A DNA stretch of 63,519 nt, the filler included, from Chiloscyllium plagiosum (Eukaryota), in NCBI RefSeq assembly GCF_004010195.1. It is 5 parts of one record of this genome, joined end to end, with 100 filler letters (N's around TTAATTAATTAA, not from the genome) between each part and the next. Parts side by side here need not be neighbours in the genome. Positions count along the whole stretch, not along the records: positions 1 to 26,710 come from NC_057713.1; 4 more parts are not named here. One strand, 5' to 3'. Of this stretch, positions 1-11,061 are shown piece after piece. Numbering within the stretch: position 1 is the first letter of the stretch; each line of letters starts with the position of its first letter. The notes beneath the pieces are model-generated. The model searched no databases, was not told where the DNA came from, and saw only the letters and a list, made by a program, of their open reading frames with translations. The position numbers and the translations under genes are program-made.

Positions 1-462
1 CTAAGTCATGCCTCACCGCATCATAATTTCCCTGCCCCCAGCTATAACTCTTGCCCTGTAGTACACACTTAGCCCTCCCTATCACTAGAGTGAAAGTCAC
101 CGAATTGTGGTCACTGTCCCCAAAGTGCTCACCTACCTCTAATTCTAACACCTGGCCTGGTTCATTACCCAGAACCAAATCCAGTATGGCCTCACCTCTT
201 GTTGGCCTATACATATTGTGTCAGGAAACCCTCCTGCACACATTGGACAAACACTGACCCATCTAACGAACTTGAGCTATAGCTTTCCCAATCAATATCA
301 GGAAAGTTAAAGTCCCCCGTAACAACCACCCTATTACTTTCACTCTTCTCTTGAATCATCTTCGCAATCCTTTCTTCTACGTTTCTAGGACTATTAGGAG
401 GCCTGTAAAAAACTCCTAACAGGGTGAGCTCACCTTTCCTATTCCTAACCTCAGCCCAAACA
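1..462 (-). mobile_element. CR1/HER1 LINE fragment, APE endonuclease region
   Basis: ORF 207..545(-) contains GVFYRPPN and VVVTGDFNFPDIDW, typical CR1 ORF2 endonuclease motifs. Confidence 0.9.
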
Positions 463-764
463 TCTGGCATGGAAGTACTAGTCTGTGGAGAAATATCAGG
501 CATGAGGTGCTTTTCTTTTCCCATTTGAGATTGTGACTTATTCAAGTGATGCTTTTGGCTTTTATCAGGCTGCTCATATGTTGAACGAATGGTTAGTTCA
601 TTGGTGATCCTTACCCCGTATATGCAGCTCCCACCCTTCCTTGACCCCTTGCCTTATCACTGGAAACTTCCTCTGTATTCCAGTTTCCTCCTTCCATACC
701 CTAGGATCCTTTGAGCGCCTTTAATAACTGCATCTTTGAATTCCGTTCCTACCATTCCTTTCAA

Positions 765-832
765 GTGACAAAGGAGCAGCGCTCCAAAAGCTTGTGATTT
801 CAAGTATAACCTGGTGTCGTGTGACTTCTGAC
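765..832 (+). mobile_element. PLE terminal-repeat remnant (family C)
   Basis: aaggagcagcgctccaaaagcttgtg...tataacctggtgtcgtgtg is shared with copies at 8005-8143, 8402-8470 and 25310-25375. Confidence 0.55.
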
Positions 833-1084
833 CTATTCTTTTCTCTCTAAGCTAACTTTATCTGAACCTTCAGTTTTAGGATAATATCCCTTCTGAGCTA
901 AGTTCCATTTTGAATTAAGACCCATGTTCCAGACAGTTTTACTAGTGTCAGCCTCTCTGGCTGCCTCACTTAGGCAGGCTAATTAATCCAGTCAGGCTTC
1001 ACCACTTTAAGACTGCAGATAATTGTAACTGTTCAGAAACTGATTGACCCATTGAGGCTTTAACACAGACACTGTAAGCACATA

Positions 1085-1402
1085 GGCGGCACGGTGGCAC
1101 AGTGGTTAGCACTGTTGCCTCACAGCACCAGAGACCCGGGTTCAATTCCCCTCTCAGGTGACTGACTGTGTGGAGTTTGCACATTCTCCCCGTGTCTGCG
1201 TGGGTTTCCTCCGGGTGCTCTGGTTTCCTCCCACAGTCCAAAAATGTGCAGGTTAGGTGAATTGGCCATGCTAAATTCCCCGTAGCAGTAGGTGAAGGGG
1301 TGAAATGTAGGGGAATGGGTCTGGGTGAGTTGCGCTTCGGCGGGGTCGGTGTGGGCTTGTTGGGCCGAAGGGCCTGTTTCCACACTGTAAGTAATCTAAT
1401 CT
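1085..1402 (+). mobile_element. HE1-type tRNA-derived SINE, full length
   Basis: Pol III A box (TGGCACAGTGG), B box (GGTTCAATTCC), conserved body, CR1-like 3' tail ending in (AATCT)n; about 10 copies in the window. Confidence 0.9.
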
Positions 1403-1498
1403 CAATAACAAGGTAAGGCACAGGCAAGACAAGATACAAGCAAGATGGCATGTGTGTCACCTGAGGAGTGATTGAGTTGACTGGGCCTGTATTCGCTG

Positions 1499-2260
1499 GC
1501 ACTTTGGTAGGAAAAATAGAGGCATAGACTATTTCTAAATGGGGAAAAGCTTTAGAAATCTGAATCATAAAGGGATTTGTCAGTTCCACTCCAGGATTCT
1601 CTTAATGTTAACATGCAGGTTAAGTTAAAAGTTAGGGAGGGAAATGCAATATTAGCATTCATTTCAAAAGGGCTTGAATATAAAAGCAAGAATGTGCTGC
1701 TTAGGGTGTTTACAGCTCTGGTCAGACCCCATTTGGAATATTGTAAGCTGTTTTGAGCCCGATATCTAAGGAAGGCTGTGTCTTGGAGGAGTTCCAGACG
1801 AGGTTCACAAGAATGATCCTGGGAATGAAGGGTTTGTCATCTGACAAGTAGTTGTGGTCTCTGGGTCTGTACTCGATGGAGTTTCAAAGGACAAGGGGGA
1901 ATCTAATTGAATACTGAGAGACTAGGATCAAACAGCACAACACCAGTGTGAAGGTGTGACCCTTTAGAACTGAGATGGGGAGGGGGGGGTATTTCTTCAA
2001 ATAGGAAATAGTGAATCTGTGGAACTCATTGCTGCAGAAGGCTGTGGAGTTGAAGCCATTTAAGATAGTGATAGGTTGATTCTTGATTAGTAAGCAAACA
2101 TATTGGGCTGAATGGTCTCATTCTGCTCCTATATCTTATGGTCTTATGATCTTATTGACTTAGTTGAAGGGATTGAGTGTACTCTCGCCAAGTTTGCTGA
2201 TGCTACAAAGGCAGGTAGGGAAGCAAGTTGTGAATACAAGAAAATTAATCTCCAAAGGGA
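1499..2260 (+). mobile_element. Decayed CR1 LINE 3' and RT fragments
   Basis: HFGRKN, LVRPHLEY and AKFADATK-like segments. Confidence 0.75.
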
Positions 2261-4134
2261 AACCAAACACAGAACTGCTTCCTCAAAAAACAGCAACAAA
2301 TGGAGCAAATGTCCAGCACTATTTCTGTGGTGAATAAATCATCTCTTGTCTCCCTCATATGTTACTCCACCAATTGAAGGCACAAAAAGTCTTGAGTGTG
2401 ATGGAATGGTCTCCACTTGCCTGGATATACAAACTATACTCAAGAAACTTGGCAACCATCCAATTATCCATCAGATAGAATGGGTTACAGAAGCTAAAAA
2501 TTTGTTGCAGATGCTGGGAGGTTATGGTCCATATCAGATAGTTTTTGTTCAGAATCCTAAAGTTATATCAGTAGTAGGTGATCAGCCCTCAGTTTGGAAA
2601 GAGGTTGCAAATACTTTTTCAGAGTTGATCTGCCAAACATTTACATGTTATATTAGCTATAACTATACGGTTCCTTTCACATATCCATTGCTGGTCAGAT
2701 CATCAATTCATCATCACACAAACTAGCAGGTTGATCGTCATGGATCTGCAACATTTGGGTATGAGAAGTTCCTGGTTCCTCATTATATTCTTGAAATTCA
2801 GAATTTGCAAGTTTGTAATCCATACTAAGCAATCATGAACAGTGTTTATAAACATTCTGATTTCCAAGCTGTCCAGTTATTATGTTTTCATCTTTACCAA
2901 TAACCATCCCTGCCCTCCCTATTCTTTAAGTCCTTTTCTTATAACAAAGTATATGGCCCAGATTGAACTGCAAATTATTACCTGCACTAGCATGGGTTAC
3001 AGAAACCAAGAATTTGTTGCAGATGGTGGGAGGATATGGTCCATATCAGTTAGTTATTGTTCAGAATCCTAAAGTTATATCAGTAGTAGGTGATCAGCCC
3101 CCGGTTTGAAAAGATGTTGCAATTACTTTTTCAGAGTTGTTCTTTTAAAATGTTATGAGCTTTATTATCTATAATAGTATAGTTCCTTTCACATATCCAT
3201 AGCTGAAAAAGCTTTCTGATTCCGTATTCCTAACTATTGTATTTATATTCACACAGATATCTCTGAAATCAGCTTTGACAAAATTCATCCATTACCTGTG
3301 TTAAATTTTGAATGTGATCTAAGTCAGTCCTTATCCACTTATCCATGACCTTATCAATACTTATTTTCTTATCATTACTTTGTATTTTTGTCCACTGACC
3401 AAAGCTGGTTGTCAAATCTAAAAAATTTAAAATGGAAATGTTTTATACTTTATCCTATACTTTTGAATCCATGGTCAATGCATAATTGAAATTTCTTGCT
3501 TGGGTCAGAGTTACTGCAGACTCTGACAGTATTTTTCAATACTTCTTCCACTTATAAATCCATGGCTAATACATCATTGAAATATCTTGCTAGGGTCAGA
3601 CTTACTACAGGCTCTGATAATATCTTTCAATATTTCTTACAAACCTCACAACTATCTCTTACATCAGCTAATAATACTCCCCAATGCTTATTCTTACATC
3701 TTTTATGAGAAGTTGAACCTTTTAGAAGATGGATGAGCAAATTGCCTGTGTAATTTTAACATTACTGATATTTGTCATCTAAATTTCAACCTTAATGTCA
3801 TAACATTTCTTTAATCAGTGACGATATGCTACATTAAAGGAATTAAATAATGTCCTGATTCTATAAATGTTAAATGCACAGATTTCCCAAATACAATAGT
3901 TTTGTTGCTTACCATGTCCATTTTAAACTGTGCTTCCTCTATCAACAGTAGACTTCATCATTGGAGTATTTCATGAGGCACTGCATCTGCGCTAATAAAA
4001 TTATTAGTTCTGGATATTTTACAAAGAATAATCAATCTTTTTGAAAGATTTTAGCATGTTTGTTCAAATCTGAAACTAATGGAAATCTCACATTCCTTAA
4101 TTTTATCCGAATCATTTTTACTCAAAGTGAATAG

Positions 4135-4638
4135 GAAAAAGTGAGGATTGCAGATGCTGGAGATCAGGGTTGAAAGATTAGATTCCCTACAGTATGGAAA
4201 TAGGCCTTTCGGCCCAACAAGTCCACACCAACCCTCTGAAGAGTAACCCACTAAGACCCATTTCCTTACCCTATATTTACCCCTGACTAATGCATTTAAC
4301 ACTATGGGAAATTTAGCATGCACACCTTTGGATTGTGGGGAGAAACCTGAACACACCCACGCAGACATAGGGAGAATGTGCAAACTCCACACAAATAGTC
4401 GCCCAAGGCAGGAATCAAAGGTCCCTGGTGCTGTGAGGGAGCAGCGCTAATCACTGAGCCACTGTGCCACTTGAACCTGTGGTGTTGGAAAAGCACAAGT
4501 CAGGCAGCCTCCAAGGAGCAGGAGAGTCAATGTTTCAGGCATAAGCCCTTCATCAGGAATGTGACTCCTGATGAAGGGCTTGTGCCCGAAATGCCGACTT
4601 TCCTGCTCTTTGGATGTTGCCTGACCACACTTTTCGAC
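4135..4638. mobile_element. Inverted pair of PLE terminal repeats (family A), split by an HE1 SINE
   Basis: Minus copy at 4135-4174 plus 4476-4560, then a plus copy at about 4565-4638. Flanked by TTTTTACTCAAAG direct repeats (4115-4127, 4639-4651). Confidence 0.8.
4175..4470 (-). mobile_element. HE1-type SINE
   Basis: Reverse complement of the 1085-1402 family; TTGAA TSD at 4170-4174 and 4471-4475. Confidence 0.9.
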
Positions 4639-5024
4639 TTTTTACTCAAAGCATCTAGTTAGCATTTTAGCCAATCTATTCCACACATGGTAGACATGAA
4701 TCACCAATTCAATATTGCACAATTAAAAGACATTGCCACCAATGCACTGGTTTGAAACTTCTTTGACCAATACAACTTGATCTGTATCTCTATTTTCATC
4801 ATCCAAATTTTCTGTTTCTTGTTTGGCTTTCAATGTTGTATTATAATCTTTGGGATAGTTGATGTTGCATGGTAGTTTGTATCCCACTGGAAACATCTTT
4901 GAGTATTTCTGACATTATTTTCTTACTGAAAACCTCAAATTTTCTTTGTTTCTCAAAATTAGCATTTCTATCTCAGTTATATTCATTAGAGTTCTCCTTT
5001 TATATCGTCCCATCTGACTGTAAA

Positions 5025-5345
5025 TGGTGGTTACGTTAACGGCCTAGTAATCCAGACATCTGGATCAAGAGAGTCAAATTCAATTCTGACCCATGGCAGC
5101 TAAATTGAGTGAGTTTAATAAAAGTTGAATGAAATGCTGTTATCAGCAATAGTGACCATGAAGGGGCTGTTGTGATAAAAAGCCGGCTCTCTCGTGTTAT
5201 TGACTGAAGGAATCTGCCATCTTTACCCACACTAACCTGTATGTGACTCCAGACACACAACAATTGGTTGACTCTTCGTAATCCACTTAATTGTACTCAA
5301 AAAGATTGCTCAGGAGCAATTGGAGATGCCAACCTTGTCAGCAAA
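5025..5345 (+). mobile_element. Second tRNA-derived SINE family with CR1-like tail (decayed)
   Basis: Homologous to 31298-31602(-) and 45397-45610(+), sharing segments such as tagtaatccaga and gtgactccagac...ggttgactctt. Confidence 0.6.
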
Positions 5346-5573
5346 ACAAGCATTGCATTTATAATTGTGAGTTTTAAAGAGTCAAATTCTACACTCAGAA
5401 ACTTAGAGTAAGACCTCAAAAGTGGAGGTCAAAGATCTGACCATAACAACTCACAAGTGAGATAGCAGATGAGGAGGACTTTATTGCGGAAGGCCTGAAA
5501 TGGTAAAGGAGTGAAAAAAGGTCACTTGGCTCACCAAGCAGTAAAGGCAACCAATGTTGTGCTGATGAGTTAA

Positions 5574-5663
5574 GATTAGAGTGGTGCTGGGAAAGCACAG
5601 CAGGTCAGGCAGCATCCGAGAAGCAGGAAAATCGACGTTGGGCAAAAACCCTTCATCAGGAAT
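5574..5663 (-). mobile_element. PLE terminal repeat (family A)
   Basis: gtggtgctgggaaagcacagcaggtcaggcagcatcc...cccttcatcaggaat. Confidence 0.8.
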
Positions 5664-6674
5664 AAGGAGCTGAGTAAATATCACTAACAATTTAGAATGC
5701 TGATTATCAGGAGAAATATAAACTCAGATAGAATAGCATGATTTTTATGTCTGTGATCTTACTTGAATATTGCTAGTGAGGTGTTGGCCACATAGTGAAG
5801 CAGTTTATGACATAGAGTTGGCAGGAAATCAGTCATCTCCCAAGGATGCATATCTCAGAGGAATTCAGTGGTAACAAATTGTTTAATTGTTAAGAGTATC
5901 ACAACCAAATCTGCACTTCCCACCTGATGTCCAAAAAGGTAGAAGATAATATAATGTTTCCCCTTCCTATTGGCCAGGGCATACTGCAGTCCCAGTATGA
6001 GGAGCAGGCACTGTTTTGTAATGAAGACTGACCACAAGAATTGCTGCAAGGTTGCAAGCTGCAATGTAAATCATTTCAGGACTTGAAACATAAACTCGAC
6101 CAGAGTTTATCCAATCTGTTAGCCATTTACTTAAAAATATCCAGTTAGAAATTCAAATGTGACTGATTGCATTTTTCATTCACACATGAAAATGGGCAAC
6201 AGACTCTACCTGAGAGGTGCGATTTCAACAGTTTTCTTCTCATGATCTAAGAATGCCTATTTTAATTTTTATGCGCGTTTATTAGTAAATGGGTGAGGTG
6301 GAAAGCAAAGTCCAATTTTTTTTGACGTTTACTACAACAGTAATGTAAATAGACTGAAGAAGTTGTGACTGTTATCCTTGGATCAGAGGTGTATTGGGTG
6401 TATTGGAAATTACATACATCACTGAACAGGGCCCTGTTCTTTGTAGACAGAAAAAATCATGTAAGTATTCAGCACCAGTTTGAACTTGACAATATACGTG
6501 ACAGGCACTCACTGGTTCACTTCTCAGGACATTAACACTGATTAATTAGAGTCAATTTGCTGGGTTTATATTTTTAACATATGCTGGCAGTTAACTGTCA
6601 ATCAGCATTAATGGGTTCATTCTCCATGGCAACTCCTCTACCAATCAGAGGCCACTTGCCAACCAATCAGCAGC

Positions 6675-7022
6675 ATCATAGAGTTATAGAGATATACAGC
6701 ATGGAACTAGACCCTTCGGTCCAACTGAATGCTAACCAAATTTCCTATTCGCCTGTGTTTAGCTCATAGCCCTCTACATCGTTTCTATTCATATAACTGT
6801 CCAAATGTCTTTTAAATGTTGAAACTTACCTGCATTTACCATTTCTTCTGACAGTTAATTCTACATATAAACCACGGTCAGCGCCCTTTTAAATTTTTCT
6901 CTTCTCACCCTCTGCCCTCGAGTTTAAATTCCACTATCCTAGGGAAAAAAGACCTTTCCTATTCACCTTATCTATTCCCCTCATAATTTTACAAACCTCT
7001 ATAAGGTCACCCCTCAACCTAA
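6675..7022 (-). mobile_element. HER1/CR1 3' end
   Basis: catagagttatagag tail repeat plus the antisense of the LRGDLIEV region. Confidence 0.8.
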
Positions 7023-7689
7023 TACTCTCTTCTCATGCAATATGAATATTGACTTTTCTCCTTGAATTTATGTTCTTGTGAATTGTCCTGATAAATGTGC
7101 TACCAAACATCTTTTAGAGTAGGCAACTTTAACCAACATTTCTCCCACAGTAAGCATCGCTAATAAAAGCACAGGTGGACTTGGTACTTCAAGTATTTTC
7201 TGCAAGTTTTGCAGTTATCCAACTTTTTTTCTTTCTGTGCCTCATCGAACTCGAGATGAGGCCTCCCCTCACCACTTGGATCCATCACATTGTTTTTCAC
7301 CTTCCTCATTGCCTGGTATGCATCTGTTTTTGGCTCTCCCTACTCAACTTCAATTAGTACTGTCACGCAGCCCTTATGGTAATTTTGCTTTGCAGGGCGT
7401 TACATTATTTACTGGATGTATTTTATTTCCAAAATATAAAACCTATTGCAGGCAATAGCTAGAGGAAATACATTTTGGAAAGAAGGTTGAGGAGTGATAG
7501 CATAAGTTAAATAACAAAAGCTCAATGGAGGTTTAGAAATTGAGAGATATATATGTTCAAACATTTTTCAAGGTACCAGGACAACTTGAGAAATCTGTTG
7601 AAGCACAAAAAAGACTACAGGATTTATAAATAGATGGAAAAATCAAGGAACTTGTGGTTAAACATTATAAATCATTGGAAGAAGAATCA

Positions 7690-7810
7690 TATCAGGTTCA
7701 AAATGTTAATTTTATTTCTCTCCAAAAATGCTAACAGACATTTTAAATTTCCCCAGCATTCTCTGTGTTTGTTGCAGACTTCCAGCATCTGCAATAATTT
7801 GTTTTTAGTA
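7690..7810 (+). mobile_element. PLE terminal repeat (family D), decayed
   Basis: Similar to 33065-33178 and to 23295-23376(-): ccagcattctctgtgtttgttgcagacttccagcatctgca. Confidence 0.55.
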
Positions 7811-8004
7811 TAAATCACTTGTTAGAGCTCAGCTGGATTTGCCCAATTTCAATATTGGGCAGCATGCTTTAGGACGGATCTCAGTGTTACAGAGATCGCT
7901 GCTTTATCTTGTGCTTTAAGCAAGGACTGTTCCCTATGTATTGACCTCTTGGTTTGGGGTATCTCAGGCTTTCAATGTCTGCACCCACATCGCCCATGAG
8001 ATAA

Positions 8005-8143
8005 TGGTGTCGGTGTTGCACTGGAGTACACAAAGTTAAAAATCATGCAACACCAGGTTATTGTAAAACAGATTTATTTGGAAGTACGAGCTTTCAGAGC
8101 AGCCTGGACTATAACCTGGTGTTGTGTGATTTTTAACATTGTC
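8005..8143. mobile_element. Inverted pair of PLE terminal repeats (family C)
   Basis: gttaaaaatcatgcaacaccaggttat faces ataacctggtgttgtgtgatttttaac. Confidence 0.7.
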
Positions 8144-8619
8144 CCTGGGGCTATTGTTCCTTATCTCTAACTGCTAATGTAGTCTAATGCTCATTTATTT
8201 ACATTTGAACTTAGTCATCAAATACACCTCTTTACTGTAGTATCTAAGACTCACTCTTCACATGCCTGTTGTACACTGGTCTCCTCTTTCTTACTGAATC
8301 TGAGCCATGTCATCAGTTACAACGTGATGATTTACAAGAGTGTCATTGTACAAATCTTCAATGAGGTTTTTTTCTTTTTGGTTTAAAATTACAAAAAAAA
8401 ACAGGTTATAGTCCAACAGGCTTATTTGGAAGCACTAGCCTTTGGACTGCTGCTCCTTCATCATGTGGTGTCTTTGATGTACAGTATTCTGGGTAGTTTA
8501 CTTATTCTTAGTTATATATAGTTGGACTGAATTTATGTTTGACTAGATGCATGTTGTGTTGAATTTTTTTTGGATACCATTTTCATTGCAAGGCTGAGCA
8601 AGATTTCTCCGCGTATCAT

Positions 8620-9010
8620 ACCAAGTTCACCTCATGAATGCCTACCCTGCACCCGTGATATCCCTCATATCCAACTTTTACCACAGGTTGTTCCCAGGAC
8701 CTCTTGCCACTCAGTGGGTATCTGCTGAAAACCAGCATCTCTGGTGCCTGTGATATATTTAAAAGAGTGTTGTGTGCTTGGATATTCACTGGCATTCTGA
8801 AGCTGCCCTGCTTATTGGCGGACAGATTCTGAACATGGTGGAGAAGGGGAAGATGGTGCCATGATTCTATGGCAAGGACCCTAGAAGGCCTGGTGGACAG
8901 GAAGGTGCAAAAGAGACGTGTTCTCTTCCCACTGGACTGACAGAGGAGGCAATACCAGGAAACACTGGCAGCTTGGTCTGAGGTCACAACCCAAGACAGT
9001 GCAATTTTCA
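8620..9010 (+). mobile_element. PIF/Harbinger fragment, Myb/SANT-like ORF start
   Basis: From ATG 8835, with one frameshift: MVEKGKMVP*FYGKD/LEGLVDRKVQKRRVLFPLD*QRRQYQETLAAWSEVTTQDSA. This resembles the PRF..DLE.L...V..RR..L...AW.EVA pattern. Confidence 0.6.
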
Positions 9011-10932
9011 TAATTTATATAAGAACAGAGTATTAGTAGGAAATTCAGCCTCATAAGCCTGCTCCATCATTTAATAGGATCATGGCTGATCATGGCTACG
9101 TGGATTAACCATGGTAAATGTGGAGTTTCAGGCGTAGAGTGGGATACTGTTTAGAGGGTCAGCATAGACTTGATGGGCTGAATGGCCTCTTTCCACATTG
9201 TAGAAATTCTATGCTGTCAGTCTCAGCCCTAACTTTTAACATATGGTAGCAGTTAACTGTCAATCAGCATTAATGGGTTAATTCTCCATGGCAACTCCTC
9301 TACCAATCAAGAGGCCACTTGCCTGCTCTCCTTAACCCATAACTAAATAAAAATCTGTCCATCTCCTTAAATTTCTTCAGTGTGTGTAGATAGTAACATG
9401 ACTGGCAGTACCTGGATCCTGTGACCAAGAGCAGCCCCTCTTGACTGGACTGGGGACTAATTTCCAGCAGCTTCCAGCCATGGCTGTTTGGTTGAAAAAG
9501 ATGGAGAATGTATTTACCATGCAGGCATCTGGCACACGCCATAGCTGTTAGATTGACATCTCCGTGTGCTGTACATAAAGGTACTCTGCCCATCCCCCTG
9601 AGAGATCCTGACTGACAAACAGTCTGTCTGTGTATCTGCACTAAAGAGCAAATCAATACAACACTACTGATAGCTTTTATCCTCTTGCTGAAACATTAAA
9701 GTGCTAATAGGCATGGAACAGCATGGCAAGGCATAGATGTCAACATGCAAGTAGGTGATATGTCAATAGGCCCCAGGAGAGTGGGCGAACAGCCTTGAAA
9801 TGCAACCTGAACACTTCTGAATTGGTCTCTGTCCTTGTATGTAAAGTTTCAATGCTGGTTGATGGTACACATTACATAAATATATGATCTACCAAGCCAG
9901 GATTCATTCTGGGATCTGATTTGTCGAGTATTACCATTAGTTGATATTAGGACAGAGTTTATTTATCAAGTCTCAGCTAGAGATACCCACAAATGGAAAA
10001 GCATCTTCTAAATGCGTAGAAATTTGTCAAAAGGAAACAGTTTGCAACTGTCCCAGCCTGAATCTGATTTTAAAAAACCTTAGGGTAATAATTGTGCTGA
10101 TGTTTTGTTGATGTTTGAGTATTAGTTAAGATCTTGCTGGGCTGAAAGCAATAATGTAATTTTGTATTCTCTTTCTGGTATTTAAGTCATTCCACCTTAT
10201 TATTACCTTGTTTAGTATAGTTCTTTTTTTTGGCTTGAAAAATGAGGTATTCTTTGGGTTTGAAATACACTGGCAGCCTCCTGAGACTGTTCAGCATGTG
10301 ATCTCATGTTCAAAAAAAAATTTGGATCTAACTAACCAGCTTTCTCTCAAAGATCTGATTTGTTCAGTTATAATTTAAGCTGGGATCATAAGCAGGGAAT
10401 TCAAGGTCTATGCTGAAGGCACCATCCATTTCGACTGTTGTACCTGTCTAGCCTGTAGCAGTACTTAGATCTTCCTCCTTGCTGTTGAAGACTTCAAAAT
10501 TTCCTGAAAGTCTATTTTTCCCTAACTTCGGAATCTTCTTCATTTCCAGCTCTTTTTTTGTCCAAAGGTCTGATAAAGTTTTGGCCTGCCTATGGGCTTT
10601 TCCTGCTTCTTATTCAGCTGCACCTTCAAAATGTCCCAAAGTCCTATTCTGCCATCAGAAATTCTGCTTTGAAATGTATCACTTGGACCCTGTTTTAACT
10701 TCAGGTCCTACCACTGGAGAGTTTTTTTTTGTTCCTATCTGCCACCAAGCTTTATCTTGTACATTAAACAAGTCCTAATACTTTCACATTGAGATTCTCT
10801 TCTGGAATACCTGAGGGTATTGGTGTTTCAGTAACTGCTTGTTCCTTACCTCTAAGAAATGCTATCCAACTGATCATGTACTGTGAGACTCCTTTATTCA
10901 CATATGTGCATACTATGTTACCAAATATATCT

Positions 10933-11061
10933 AGGAGAAAATGAGGACTGCAGATGCTGAAGATCAGAGTCAAAGAATGTGGTGCTGGAAAAGCACAGCC
11001 AGTCAGGCAGCATCCGAGGAGGAGAGTTGATTTGTCGGGCATAAGCCCTTCATCAGGAATG
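10933..11061 (-). mobile_element. Solo PLE terminal repeat (family A) with 14-bp TSD
   Basis: Flanked by TACCAAATATATCT (10919-10932) and TACCAAATACATCT (11062-11075). Confidence 0.9.

Larger units (their letters stand above)
2478..5010 (-). mobile_element. Decayed GalEa-like Ty1/Copia LTR retrotransposon internal region (gag knuckle, protease, integrase), interrupted at about 4128-4651
   Basis: Manual minus-strand translation, with stops and frameshifts: RCFQWDTNYH (knuckle, about 4870-4898), FNCAILNW*FMSTMCGIDWLKC*LDAL (protease, about 4650-4730), SFRF...VFGKSVHLTFIESGHYLIPL (3837-4085), KLHRQFAHP (about 3730-3756), CEVCKKY, PVVSLTLARYFNDVLAMDL, ESFFSYG-CERN, and VIGKDE. Confidence 0.8.

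Noticed and set aside
1085..1160. tRNA gene
   Set aside because: A/B boxes belong to a SINE head that continues into the HE1 body and LINE-like tail.
999..1589. 196-aa ORF and the recurring peptides LAWPIHLTCTFLDCGRKPEHPEET and MANSPNLHIFGLWEET
   Set aside because: Antisense translation of HE1 SINEs; the recurrence reflects the repeat, not a protein family.
2478..3830. Endogenous non-retroviral virus
   Set aside because: The odd AT-rich coding-like sequence resolved into Copia-type integrase motifs.
9990..10392. Additional solo LTRs (also about 25390-25681)
   Set aside because: 3' ends look LTR-like, but I could not define a 5' TG end or TSD.
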